From Anaeramoeba ignava BMAN (lineage: Eukaryota; Protista; Anaeramoebae): DNA of 64,000 bases. Below, in pieces: positions 52,903-64,000 of this stretch. The notes under the pieces are model-generated. The model ran no database searches. It was not told the origin of the DNA and was given only the letters and a program-made list of their open reading frames with translations. Both the position numbers and the translations under genes were made by a program. The first letter of the stretch is position 1, and each line of letters opens with the position of its first letter. The DNA lies in the NCBI GenBank assembly GCA_028826165.1, contig JAPDFW010000070.1, positions 868,001 through 932,000 on the forward strand, read 5' to 3'.

Positions 52903-54097
52903 TTATTTTTGATTATCTATTAATAAAACTTGAGATAAAACCAAGTCTTTTGTTCCATCATTTTCAATTGAATAATAAGTTTTTGAAGGAATATAAAAAT
53001 GAGTTCCTCTTTTTAATGCAGTTTGTTCAGAACCAATTCTAACTTTCCCAACTCCACTTGAAACAAAGAATATTTCCATATGAATTGTTTTCTTTCTAAA
53101 TTTCTCATTATGTGGTGGTACTGCAATTGTTTTTGTTTCAAAATCTGATGTTTGAATTCCATCTCCTGAATGGAAAAATTTTTCAGTTCCTTTTTTAATG
53201 CATTTATCAAAAGTAATTGAATCGGTGCCTTTCACAAACATTTCAATTAATGATTTACTAGTTGAATTTTTGGAATTTTTTGTTGACTTTTTTTTCCGTT
53301 GTTTTTTTCGATCTTGTGAATTTTTTTCTTCATTAAGATCTTTTTCAATTTGAGAATCTGAACTTGTTTCTTTTTCTTTTGAGCTTCTTCTTTTTTTAAT
53401 TTTCGCATTTTTTTTTGATTGATTTTCTTTTTGATTTTCTTTTTGATTTTCTTTTAAATTTTCTTTTAAATTTTCTTTTAAATTTTCTTTTTAAATTTTC
53501 TTTTAAATTTTCTTTTGAATTTTTTTCAGTTTCAATTTCCATTGGTTTTGATTTATTATTATTTGGATTTGTTCTTTTTTTATATTTGAAAATATGTTTT
53601 GAATCAAGAAATTCTTTTTTGACATTTTTTTTGGCATTTTCATTTTGATTTTCATTAACAAGATTCAAATCATTTTCTTGATTTTCATTTTCTTCTTGAA
53701 ATGATAAAACTCTTGGAACAACTTCTTCTTTTTTCAATTTGGAATTTGTTAAATTTTTCTTTTGTGATGATTGAATAACGGTTTGGAAATGTTTTCTAAT
53801 TGATCGATTACTTTTTGTACCTGATTGTAATTTTTGTATTTCTAATTGTTGTTTTGTAGGTGTTTCAAGTGGATTTTTTTTAAGATTTCGTTTTGATTTT
53901 GATTTTGAATTTGATTTTGATTTTGAATTTGATTTTGAATTTGATTCATTATCTGATGAACTATCAAAAAATTCTTCAATATTTTCCATTGAATTTTTAT
54001 CAATAGTTACATTTTTAACTGTAATTCCTGTTCTTCTTCCTTGTTTAATTTCATTAAATCCATAAATATTATAAATAAATGATGAATTTGTTGTCAT
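52903..54097 (-). CDS. CENPC: CENP-C/Mif2 kinetochore protein (Mif2_N motif plus C-terminal cupin), 1-nt frameshift in a KENL repeat
   Basis: N-terminal GRRTGITVK...DKNSMENIEEFFD; cupin IFFVSSGVGKVRIG...GTHFYIPSKTYYSIENDG; an extra A at 53488-53492 splits the ORF. Confidence 0.8.
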
Positions 54098-54237
54098 TTT
54101 AAAAAATGAAAAAAATGAAAAAAAAAAACGTTAAAAAAAAAATTAAAAATAAAAATAAAAAAAATAAACCGTTAAATCAAAATTAAAATTAAAACTAAAA
54201 TTAAAATCAAAATTAAAATTAAAATTAAAATTAAAAT

Positions 54238-55290
54238 CAAAAAGTGGAATTAATTATTTATTTCTTTTCTTTTTCTTAAGATTAAAAAGTGGAATTAATT
54301 ATTTTCTTCTTTTCTTTTTCTTAAATTAAGATTAAGATTAAAAAGTGGAATTAATTAATTATTTTATTTCTTTTCTTTTCTTTTTCTTAAATTTAGATTT
54401 AAAATTAAAACTAAAATTAAAATCAAAAAGTGGAATTAATTATTTTCTTCTTTTCTTTCTTTTTCTTTTAAATTAAAAAGTGGAATTAATTATTTTTTTC
54501 TTTCTCTTAAATTAAAATTAAAAAGTGGAATTAATTATTTTATTTTATTCTTTTTCTTAAATTAAGATTAAAATTAAAAAGTGGAATTGATTATTTTATT
54601 TCTTTCTTTTTCTTAAAATTAAAAAAAGTGGAATTAATTATTTTCTTCTTTTCTTTTTCTTTTAAATTAAAAAGTGGAATTAATTAATTATTTTATTTCT
54701 TTTCTTTTTCTTAAATTTAGATTTAAAATTAAAAAGTGGAATTAATTAATTATTTTCTTCTTTCCTTTCTTTTTCTTAAAATTAAAAAGTGGAATTAATT
54801 AATTATTCTTTTCTTTTTCTTAAATTTAGATTTAAAATTAAAAAGTGGAATTAATTAATTATTTTCTTCTTTCCTTTCTTTTTCTTAAAATTAAAATTAA
54901 AAAGTGGAATTAATTAATTATTTTATTTCTTTTTCTTAAATTAAGATTAAAATTAAAATTAAAAAGTGGAATTAATTAATTATTTTCTTCTTTTCTTTCT
55001 CTTAAATTAAAATTAAAAAGTGGAATTAATTAATTATTTCTTTTCTTTTTCTTAAATTAAAATCAAAATTAAAAAGTGGAATTGATTATTTTATTTCTTT
55101 CTTTTTCTTAAATTAAGATTAAAATTAAAATTAAAAAGTGGAATTAATTAATTATTTTATTTCTTTTTCTTAAATTTAGATTTAAAATTAAAAAGTGGAA
55201 TTAATTATTTTTTTCTTTTCTTTCTCTTAAATTAAGATTAAAAAGTGGAATTAATTATTTTCTTTCTTTTCTTTCTCTTAAATTAAAATT
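54238..55290. repeat. Array of 19 AAAAGTGGAATT(A/G)ATT cores with variable T/A-tract linkers, period about 55 nt
   Basis: 19 cores counted by eye between 54240 and 55250. Confidence 0.95.
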
Positions 55291-55371
55291 AAAAAAAAAA
55301 GAAAATATTAAACAAATTTGAAAAAAAAAAATGTTTTTTGAATTGAATTGAAATATTTGATTTGAATTGAT

Positions 55372-56031
55372 TTAAATGTTTTGAAATTCTGAAGTAAATT
55401 GAAAAAGTTCTTGTGTTGGATAAAAAATAGAGTTCAAATAATCAAAATCAGTTTTGAATAAATTTTTATTTTTAATATTTGAATCATTATCAATATTAAT
55501 ATCATTATTAATATCAGAATCAGAAGTAGAATCAGAAGTAGAATCAGAAGTAGAATCAGAAGTAGAATCAGAAGTAGAATTAGATTTTTGAACTAAATCT
55601 TGAGAACTCAAAAGAGGAGCTGAAGGAATAACAGGAGAATCTTGTTCATGATGAGTTTTTTTATTGAATATTTCTTGATATCCAAAATTTCTTCGAATAT
55701 CTTGAAGAGTAAATTGCAATCTCATCTCTTCGCTTGTTGGAGTTTTGATTTTGGGTATTTCTTTTTTTTGAGGTGTTAAAATATTTGCTTTTTCTATTTT
55801 ATTTTGAACAAATTCTGCATCTTTCAAAACAATTTCTGCAAATTTTTGGATTTCAAATAGTTCATTTTGATTCAATCCCTTGTTTTGTGATTGTGTTGTA
55901 ATTAATATTTCTGCAAGTGTTGTGTATTTTTCTTTAGCTGTTGTGTATAATTTACGATTTTCATATTGAGTTTTAATTTTTTTATGTTGAAGTTTTAAAT
56001 TTTGAATCCAACTTTGAAAATTATTATTCAT
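55372..56031 (-). CDS. Hypothetical protein: possible MIT-like helical N-terminus, PSAP and YPxxxL motifs, SDST repeats
   Basis: Intact 219-aa ORF; AKEKY...LAEIL...VLKDAE pattern. Confidence 0.55.
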   Translation of the reverse strand: MNNNFQSWIQNLKLQHKKIKTQYENRKLYTTAKEKYTTLAEILITTQSQNKGLNQNELFEIQKFAEIVLKDAEFVQNKIEKANILTPQKKEIPKIKTPTSEEMRLQFTLQDIRRNFGYQEIFNKKTHHEQDSPVIPSAPLLSSQDLVQKSNSTSDSTSDSTSDSTSDSTSDSDINNDINIDNDSNIKNKNLFKTDFDYLNSIFYPTQELFQFTSEFQNI

Positions 56032-56190
56032 AAATTTAAAAGAAAAATTGTAAATGAAATTGAAAAAAAATGAATTTCAAAAATCGGAAAAAAAAGAATT
56101 GAATTTTTTTTTTATTTTGGAAAAAGGAAAAAAATTTCTTTCTATTGAATCTAATTCTTTAAATTTTTTTAAATTTTTTTAAATTTGATT

Positions 56191-57603
56191 TCATTTCTTT
56201 TTTTGATTTGATTTCTTTTTTTGATTTGATTGATTTTTTTTTCTCTTTTTAATTTCTTCTTCTTCTTCTTCTTTTTTTTCTTGTTTTTTTGAAAAACTTT
56301 CAAATCCTGGAAAATTATATTCAAATCCTCGTTTTTTTAATTGATCTCTTTTCTGTTTTTCTTTTGAAATGAGTTTTTGGAAATGTGATTCAACTTCTTC
56401 TTTATCTTTTTCTTTATTGAATTTTTCAACAAACATTTCTTGAGTTGGAATTCCTTTATAAATTTGTTTCATCTGAACATTTTTGAACTAAATTTTAATT
56501 TTAATTTTAATTTTAATTTTAATTTTAATTTTAATTTTAATTTTGATTTTAATTTTGATTTTAATTTTAATTTTAATTTTAATTTTAATTTTAATTTTAA
56601 TTTTAATTTTGATTTTTAATTTTAATTTTAATTTTAATTTTAATTTTAATTTTAATTATAATTTTAATTTTATAAATGAATTTTAATTTTAATTTTAAAT
56701 TTAATTTTAATTTGGATTTGAATTTTAATTTTATAAATGAATTTTAATTTTATAAATGAATTTTAATTTTAATTTTAATTTTATAAATGAATTTTAATTT
56801 TAATTTTAAATTTAATTTTAATTTTAATTTTATTTTTATAAATGAATTTTAATTTTAATTTTATAAATGAATTTTAATTTTATAAATGAATTTTAATTTT
56901 ATAAATGAATTTTAATTTTAATTTTAATTTTAATTACAAGATCTTGACGAACATCTTCTGGTGGAATAAATTTACACTCAAAAATCCTATTACGAATTAA
57001 ATAATTATCCATTGTTTTAGCAACAATTTTAGCAACTTTTTGAAATTCAAATTCAATAAAAGCATAATGTTTAGATTTTCCAGTCTAAAATCAATTAAAA
57101 AATTCATTTTAAAAAAAAGAAACTTAAACAATTTTTTAAATCAAATTTAAAAATAAAACAAAAAAACCTTTTTATTTCTTGATAATTTTAAGTTAGTAAC
57201 TTTTCCAAATTGTGAAAAGAATTTATATAATTGAGGCTCAGCAAAATAATCAGGAATATGTCCAAAATAAATCACTCCTTTTTCGGTTTCTTTTGAATCA
57301 ACTTCATTTTTGATTTGGTTTTGTAATTGATCATAAACTTTTTTTTCTATTGAAATGAAATTTTTATTTTTTTCAAATGAATCTTGAAAATTTAATTGTT
57401 CTTTTTGATTTTGATTTTGATTTTGATTTTGATTTTCTTTTTGATTTTCTTTTTGATTTTCTTTTTGATTTTCTTTTTGATTTTCTTTTTGATTTTCTTC
57501 AACAGAAAACTAAAAATTTGTAAAATAATTGAAACAAAGAAGGTTTTAATTTTATATAAATATAAATTTTTTAATTTTAATATAAATAATTTCAAACCTT
57601 CAT
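56191..57603 (-). CDS. NIFK: NIFK/Nop15 nucleolar RRM protein, 4 exons
   Basis: [30 protein letters not shown]|[12 protein letters not shown]...[13 protein letters not shown]; first coding exon ATG AAG; introns 57510-57597, 57085-57167 and 56488-56937. Confidence 0.9.
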
Positions 57604-57683
57604 TGATTAAAAAAAATGCAAAGAAAAAAAATGAAAATTAAAAATTTAAAAAATATTTTTTTCATTTTTTTTCTTTTTCAAAA

Positions 57684-58774
57684 ATGAATGAAATTTTATT
57701 TTTTGGTTCAAATAAAGATCCAAAACTTTTCAAAAATGAACCAAAAAAAATAACAAAACCAATTCAATTTAAATTTGAAAATGAAAATGAAAATGAAAAT
57801 GAAAATGAAAATGAAAATGAAAATGAAAATGAAAATGAAAATGAAAATCCAAAAAGAAAACTTTATTCATGTGGAGATTGGAGATATAATGGACTTGGAA
57901 AAGATGAAGATGAAAATACTTATGAATTTACTGAAATTAAATCATCTTTATTTGAAAATAATGATAATATTCTTGATTTTTCTGTTGGGAATGGCCATAC
58001 TTTGATTTTAACTTCCAATTCAAAATTAATTGGATTTAAATTGAAGTTCCTAAATTAAGATTTAATGAAGATATTTCCAATTATCATATTTCTTGTGGAG
58101 AATTCAAATCATTTCTTTATTATTCTTCTCCTTATTTTTCCAATCTTGAAGAAGATTTGATAAAATTATTTAGAAGAAAAGAATTTTGTGATATTTCATT
58201 TAAAACCAAAAATGGAGAAATAATTGAAGCTCATAAATTAATATTGAAATATAGATTAAAAGATGAAAATGAAATTGAAAAACTTCAAGAAATTATTTCA
58301 AATAAATCAATTAAAGAATCAAATCAAATATTTGAAATGATTTATTCAAACAGAATAATAAATCCAAAATTATATTTAGAAATTAAAGAAATTATAAATT
58401 CAAATGGAAAAATTGAAGAAACAATTAAAAGAATTTATTTAAATGAAAATGAAAAAGATTTTATTATTGAAAGAAAAGAAAAACAATATAAATTTCCAAA
58501 ATTAATATTAATAATGAGAAGTGAATTATATCGAGGAATGTTTTTATCTGTAACAGAAGATAAATCTAATAAAGTTACAGATTATAGTGAATTAAGTAAT
58601 AAATCATTTCAATTATTTGAATATTGGATTTATTCAAATCAAATTAAAGATGGAATTCAAATTACACAAGAAATTATTAATGAAATTGAAATTGGAATTG
58701 ATTATTTTCAATTAAATCAAACAAATCCAAATTTATTTGATTTATTATTCAAGAAATTTAATAATCAAAATTAA
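57684..58774 (+). pseudogene. RCC1-repeat/BTB gene copy 1, internally deleted and frameshifted
   Basis: Jumps from the first (GAAAAT)n tract directly to PKRKLYSCG; a second deletion near 58030 breaks the frame. Confidence 0.7.
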
Positions 58775-58917
58775 AATTAAAATTAAAATTAAAATTAAAA
58801 TCAAAATCAAAATTAAAATTAAAATTAAAATTAAAAATCAAAATTAAAATTAAAATCAAAATTAAAATTAAAATTAAAAATTTAAAAAATATTTTTTTCA
58901 TTTTTTTCTTTTCAAAA

Positions 58918-60687
58918 ATGAATGATTGTTTATTTTTTGGTTTAAATAAAGAACAAACCAATTCAATTTAAATTTGAAAATGAAAATGAAAATGAAAATG
59001 AAAATGAAAATGAAAATGAAAATGAAAATGAAAATGAAAATGAAAAACAAATTAAACAAATTTCATCAAGCGAATTTGCAATAATTTTCCTTTTTAAAAA
59101 TGGAAAAGCAATAGAATATTTAAATGAAAATCCTTCAGAAATCCAAATTGAAGAAAATATTCAAAAAGTAACTGTTGGTGTTCAAAATGAAGCTATTTTA
59201 ACAATAGAAGGAAATGTATTTGCCAAAATACGTACAAGCATATTTGAGAGTTCACCAAATCAATTTATCAATATTTCATCATTAATTGAAGATACAAATG
59301 ATAGAATAATTCAAGATATTGTTTCTGGAGGTTATTCAATTTACTTATTAACTTCAAATCAAAATGTTTATGGAATTGGTTCAAATCAAAATGGTCAACT
59401 TGGTTTTGATTCTAAAACACTTGAAAAAACACAAAAACCAATTTTAATGATGAAAAATGTTTCTAAAATATTTTCAGGAAATAATTCAGATTATGTTTTT
59501 CTTTTAAATTCAAATCAAGAATTATTTGGATGTGGATATAATGGATTTGGTCAAGTTGGATTAGGAGAATCAAGAAAAAAAGAATGGCAAATCCAAAAAT
59601 TAACCAAAATCCAAAATATTCCAAAAGGCAAAATAATTGATATTCAATGTGGATATGAAGATTCAATAATGTTGATTGAAAATGAAGATGAAAATGAAAA
59701 TCCAAAAAGAAAACTTTATTCATGTGGAGATTGGAGATATAATGGACTTGGCAAAAATAAAAATACTCATGAATTTACTGAAATTAAATCATCTTTATTT
59801 GAAAATGATAATATTATTGATTTTTCTGTTGGGAATGGACATATTTTGATTTTAACTTCCAATTCAAAATTAATTGACCAATTCAAATTGAACTTCCTAA
59901 ATTAAGATTTAATGAAGATATTTCCAATTATCATATTTCTTGTGGAGAATTCAAATCATTTCTTTATTATTCTTCTCCTTATTTTTCCAATCTTGAAGAA
60001 GATTTGATAAAATTATTTAGAAGAAAAGAATTTTGCAATATTTCATTTAAAACAGAAAATGGAGAAATAATTGAAGCTCATAAATTAATATTGAAATATA
60101 GATTAAAAGATGAAAATCAAATTGAAAAACTTCAAGAAATTATTTCAAATAAATCAATTAAAGAATCAAATCAAATATTTGAAATGATTTATTCAAACAG
60201 AATAATAAATCCAAAATTATATTCTGAAATTAAAGAAATTATAAATTCAAATGAAAAAATTGAAGAAACAATGAAAAGAATTTATTTAAATGAAAATGAA
60301 AATGAAAATGAAAAAGATTTTATTATTGAAAGAAAAGAAAAACAATATAAATTTCCTAAATTAATATTAATAATGAGAAGTGAATTATATCGAGGAATGT
60401 TTTTATCTGTAACAAATGATAAATCTAATAAAGTTACAGATTATAGTGAATTAAGTAATAAATCATTTCAAATATTTGAATATTGGATTTATTCAAATCA
60501 AATTAAAGATGAAATTCAAATTACACAAGAAATAATTAATGAAATTGAAATTGGAATTGATTATTTTCAATTAAATCAAACAAATCCAAATTTATTTGAT
60601 TTATTAATTAATAAATTTAATAATCAAAATTACGATCAAAAAAAGAAAAGAAAACCTTTTTTAGAAAAAGAAAGATTCAGAAAATAA
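58918..60687 (+). pseudogene. RCC1-repeat/BTB gene copy 2, frameshifted
   Basis: RCC1 repeats G.N..GQLG; deletions near 58955 and 59878 relative to copy 3. Confidence 0.7.
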
Positions 60688-61093
60688 AATTAAATTTAAA
60701 ATCAAAATCAAAATTAAAATTAAAATTAAAATTAAAATTAAAATTAAAATTAAAATTAAAATCAAAATTAAAATCAAAATTAAAATTAAAATTAAAATTA
60801 AAATTAAAATTAAAATTAAAATTAAAATTAAAATTAAAATTAAAATTAAAATTAAAATCAAAATTAAAATTAAAATTAAAATCAAAATTAAAATTAAAAT
60901 TAAAATTAAAATTAAAATTAAAATCAAAATTAAAATTAAAATTAAAATTAAAATTAAAATCAAAATTAAAATTAAAATTAAAATCAAAATTAAAATTAAA
61001 ATTAAAATTAAAATTAAAATCAAAATCAAAATTAAAATCAAAATTAAAATTAAAAATTTAAAAAATATTTTTTTCATTTTTTTCTTTTCAAAA

Positions 61094-62968
61094 ATGAATG
61101 ATTGTTTATTTTTTGGTTTAAATAAAGAACCAAAACTTTTCAAAACTGAACCAAATTCCAATAATAAAACCAATTCAATTTAAATTTGAAAATGAAAATG
61201 AAAATGAAAATGAAAATGAAAATGAAAAACAAATTAAACAAATTTCATCAAGCGAATTTGCAATAATTTTCCTTTTTAAAAATGGAAAAGCAATAGAATA
61301 TTTAAATGAAAATCCTTCAGAAATCCAAATTGAAGAAAATATTCAAAAAGTAACTGTTGGTGTTCAAAATGAAGCTATTTTAACAAAAGAAGGAAATGTA
61401 TTTGCCAAAATACGTACAAGCATATTTGAAAGTTCACCAAATCAATTTATCAATATTTCATCATTAATTGAAGATACAAATGATAGAATAATTCAAGATA
61501 TTGTTTCTGGAAGTTATTCAATTTACTTATTAACTTCAAGTCAAAATGCTTATGGAATTGGTTCAAATGTATTTGGTCAACTTGGTTTTGATTCTAAAAC
61601 ACTTAAAAAAACAAGAAAACCAATTTTAATGATGAAAAATGTTTCTAAAATATTTTCAGGAATTTCTTCAGATTATGTTTTTCTTTTAAATTCAAATCAA
61701 GAATTATTTGGATGCGGATTTAATCAATATGGTCAACTTGGATTAGGAGAATCAAGAAAACAAGAAAAAAAAATCCAAAAATTAACCAAAATCCAAAATA
61801 TTCCAAAAGGCAAAATAATTGATATTCAATGTGGATTTACTCATTCAATAATGCTGATTGAAAATGAAGATGAAAACGAAAATTCAAAAAGAAAACTTTA
61901 TTCATGTGGAGATTGGGGAAGATAATGGACTTGGCAAAAAATATGGACTTGGCAAATCATCTTTATTTGAAGATGATGATAATATTCTTGATTTTTCTGT
62001 TGGAAGATATCATACTTTGATTTTAACTTCCAATTCAAAATTAATTGTATTTGGAAATAATGAATTTGGTCAATTAGGAACTGGAGATACAATAAATCAA
62101 AGAATTCCAATTCAAATTGAACTTCCTAAATTAAGATTTAATGAAGATATTTCCAATTATCATATTTCTTGTGGATATAACGAATCATTTCTTTATTATT
62201 CTCCTTTTCCTTCTTCTTTTTCCAATCTTGAAGAAGATTTGATAAAATTATTTGAAAGAAAAGAATTTTGTGATATTTCATTTAAAACCAGAAAATGGAG
62301 AAATAATTGAAGCTCATAAATTAATATTGAAATATAGATTAAATCAAAATGAAAATCAAATTGAAAAACTTCAAGAAATTATTTCAAAAAAATCAATTAA
62401 AGAATCAAATCAAATATTTGAAATGATTTATTCAAACAGAATAATAAATCCAAAATTATATTCTGAAATTAAAGAAATTATAAATTCAAATGAAAAAATT
62501 GAAGAAACAATTAAAAGAATTTATTTAAATGAAAATGAAAATGAAAAAGATTTTATTATTGAAAGAAAAGAAAAACAATATAAATTTCCTAAATTAATAT
62601 TAATAATGAGAAGTGAATTATATCGAGGAATGTTTTTATCTGTAACAAATGATAAATCTAATAAAGTTACAGATTATAGTGAATTAAGTAATAAATCATT
62701 TCAAATATTTGAATATTGGATTTATTCAAATCAAATTAAAGATGAAATTCAAATTACACAAGAAATTATTAATGAAATTGAAATTGGAATTGATTATTTT
62801 CAATTAAATCAAACAAATCCAAATTTATTTGATTTATTAATTAATAAATTTAATAATCAAAATTTACAATTAAAATTAAAAGAAGAGAAAGAAAAAGAGA
62901 AAGAGAAAGAAAAAGAAAAAGAGGAAGAAAAAGAAGAAAAGATGAAGAAAAAATGTTTAATTTTTTAA
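61094..62968 (+). pseudogene. RCC1-repeat/BTB gene copy 3, with 3 frameshifts (pseudogene or consensus errors)
   Basis: Most complete copy; frame breaks near 61160, 61915 and 62290; ends KKCLIF* (CaaX-like). Confidence 0.6.
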
Positions 62969-63245
62969 ATCAAATTTAAAATTAAAATTAAAATTAAAAT
63001 CAAAATTAAAATTAAAATTAAAATTAAAATTTAAAATTAAAATTAAAATTAAAATCAAAATTAAAATTAAAATTAAAATTAAAACTAAAATTAAAATTAA
63101 AATTAAAATTAAAATTAAAACTAAAATTAAAATTCAAATTAAATTAAATTTAAAATTAAAATCAAATCAAAATCAATTTAAAATTAAATTCAAAATTATT
63201 TTCATTTTTCATTTTTCATTTTTTTCTTTTCAAATTTTTTATAAA

Positions 63246-64000
63246 ATGGAAACTTATTTAAATTTAGAAAAACTTTCAAATGATTTAAAAAATTTATTTC
63301 AAAATCAAAATCAAAATGAAAATCAAAATCAAAATGAAAGTTATTTTGATTTTGAAATAAATTGTGAACAAAATCAAATTTCATTTAAAACTCATAAATC
63401 AATTCTTTCTTCAAGAAGTGAATATTTTAAATCTCTTTTTAAATCCAAAATGAAAGAATATCAAGAAAATAAATTAATTCTAAAAGATGTTTCAAATTCA
63501 ATCCTATCTTCAATTTTGAATTATTTTTATTCAGGAAAAATTGAAATTAATTCAGAAAATGCAATACAAATTTTAATTTTTTCATCAAAATATTTAATTG
63601 ATGAATTAATTAATGTTTCTTCAAATTTTATCAAAAAGAATTTACAATTTGAAACTGCTGTTGATATTCTTAAACTATCTGAAAGAATGAACTTAAATCA
63701 ATTAATAGATTATTCTTATCAATTTATTTTAGAAAATTTTAAAGAATTTATTAAAACTTCTTTTTTTCTTGAACTTGAAGAAAATCATTTAAATTCAATA
63801 TTATTAAATGATGATATCTTAATAAATGAATTTGAAATGTTTCAATCAATAATAAAATGGGGAAAACATAAATTAAATATTAATGAAATTTCAAATATTA
63901 TTCAAAAAATAAGATTTATTGATTTTACAAAACAAGAACTTGAAGATACTTTGAAAGAAGATTTAATTCCAAAACAAATTTCACAAAAATTAATTCAATT
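63246..64000 (+). CDS. BTB/POZ-BACK protein, running off the window end
   Basis: FKTHKSILSSRSEYFKSLF...MKE...YFYSGKIEI...FLELEE...EFEMFQSIIKWG...IRF. Confidence 0.9.
   Translation, partial: METYLNLEKLSNDLKNLFQNQNQNENQNQNESYFDFEINCEQNQISFKTHKSILSSRSEYFKSLFKSKMKEYQENKLILKDVSNSILSSILNYFYSGKIEINSENAIQILIFSSKYLIDELINVSSNFIKKNLQFETAVDILKLSERMNLNQLIDYSYQFILENFKEFIKTSFFLELEENHLNSILLNDDILINEFEMFQSIIKWGKHKLNINEISNIIQKIRFIDFTKQELEDTLKEDLIPKQISQKLIQ

Noticed and set aside
54238-55290. CRISPR array (constant repeat plus variable spacer)
   Set aside because: Linkers are related low-complexity T/A tracts rather than unique spacers, the core is short, there are no cas genes, and the context is eukaryotic.

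Overview
Extremely AT-rich, gene-dense eukaryotic nuclear DNA with spliceosomal introns. The NQ/EN microsatellite coding tracts and the expanded ANK-BTB, RCC1-BTB and BTB-BACK families suggest an anaerobic amoeboid metamonad such as Anaeramoeba; this is an inference. I reconstructed about 22 gene models by hand: EPG5-like, ANK-BTB, UBA52, SCCPDH-like, a CFAP97-like gene missed by the ORF track, a membrane-anchored phospholipase B, Rab24-like, a 1000-aa prenyltransferase-fold/TRAP-delta protein, PABPN1-like, a dual-SH3 adaptor, an extended SDR, a multi-C2 CEP76/CC2D2A-like protein, RPL30, RPS15A, Rab32-like, CENP-C, an MIT-like protein, NIFK/Nop15, three damaged RCC1-BTB copies and a BTB-BACK gene. 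Most long low-complexity ORFs in the track are intronic or intergenic repeats, and several single-base frameshifts sit in homopolymers and look like sequencing errors. The strongest unusual signals are: (1) a gene architecture combining 6-, 9- and 17-nt microexons that carry conserved residues, a candidate GC-AG intron, A-rich 3' splice sites, introns inflated by private 12-mer repeats, and a sharp A-ending to T-ending switch in synonymous codons from the 5' to the 3' half of exons; (2) a TRAP-delta domain fused to a large ribophorin-II-like luminal region; (3) a CENP-C with no recognisable CENP-A-binding motif, beside a 19-copy AAAAGTGGAATT array whose core motif recurs singly in other intergenic regions.
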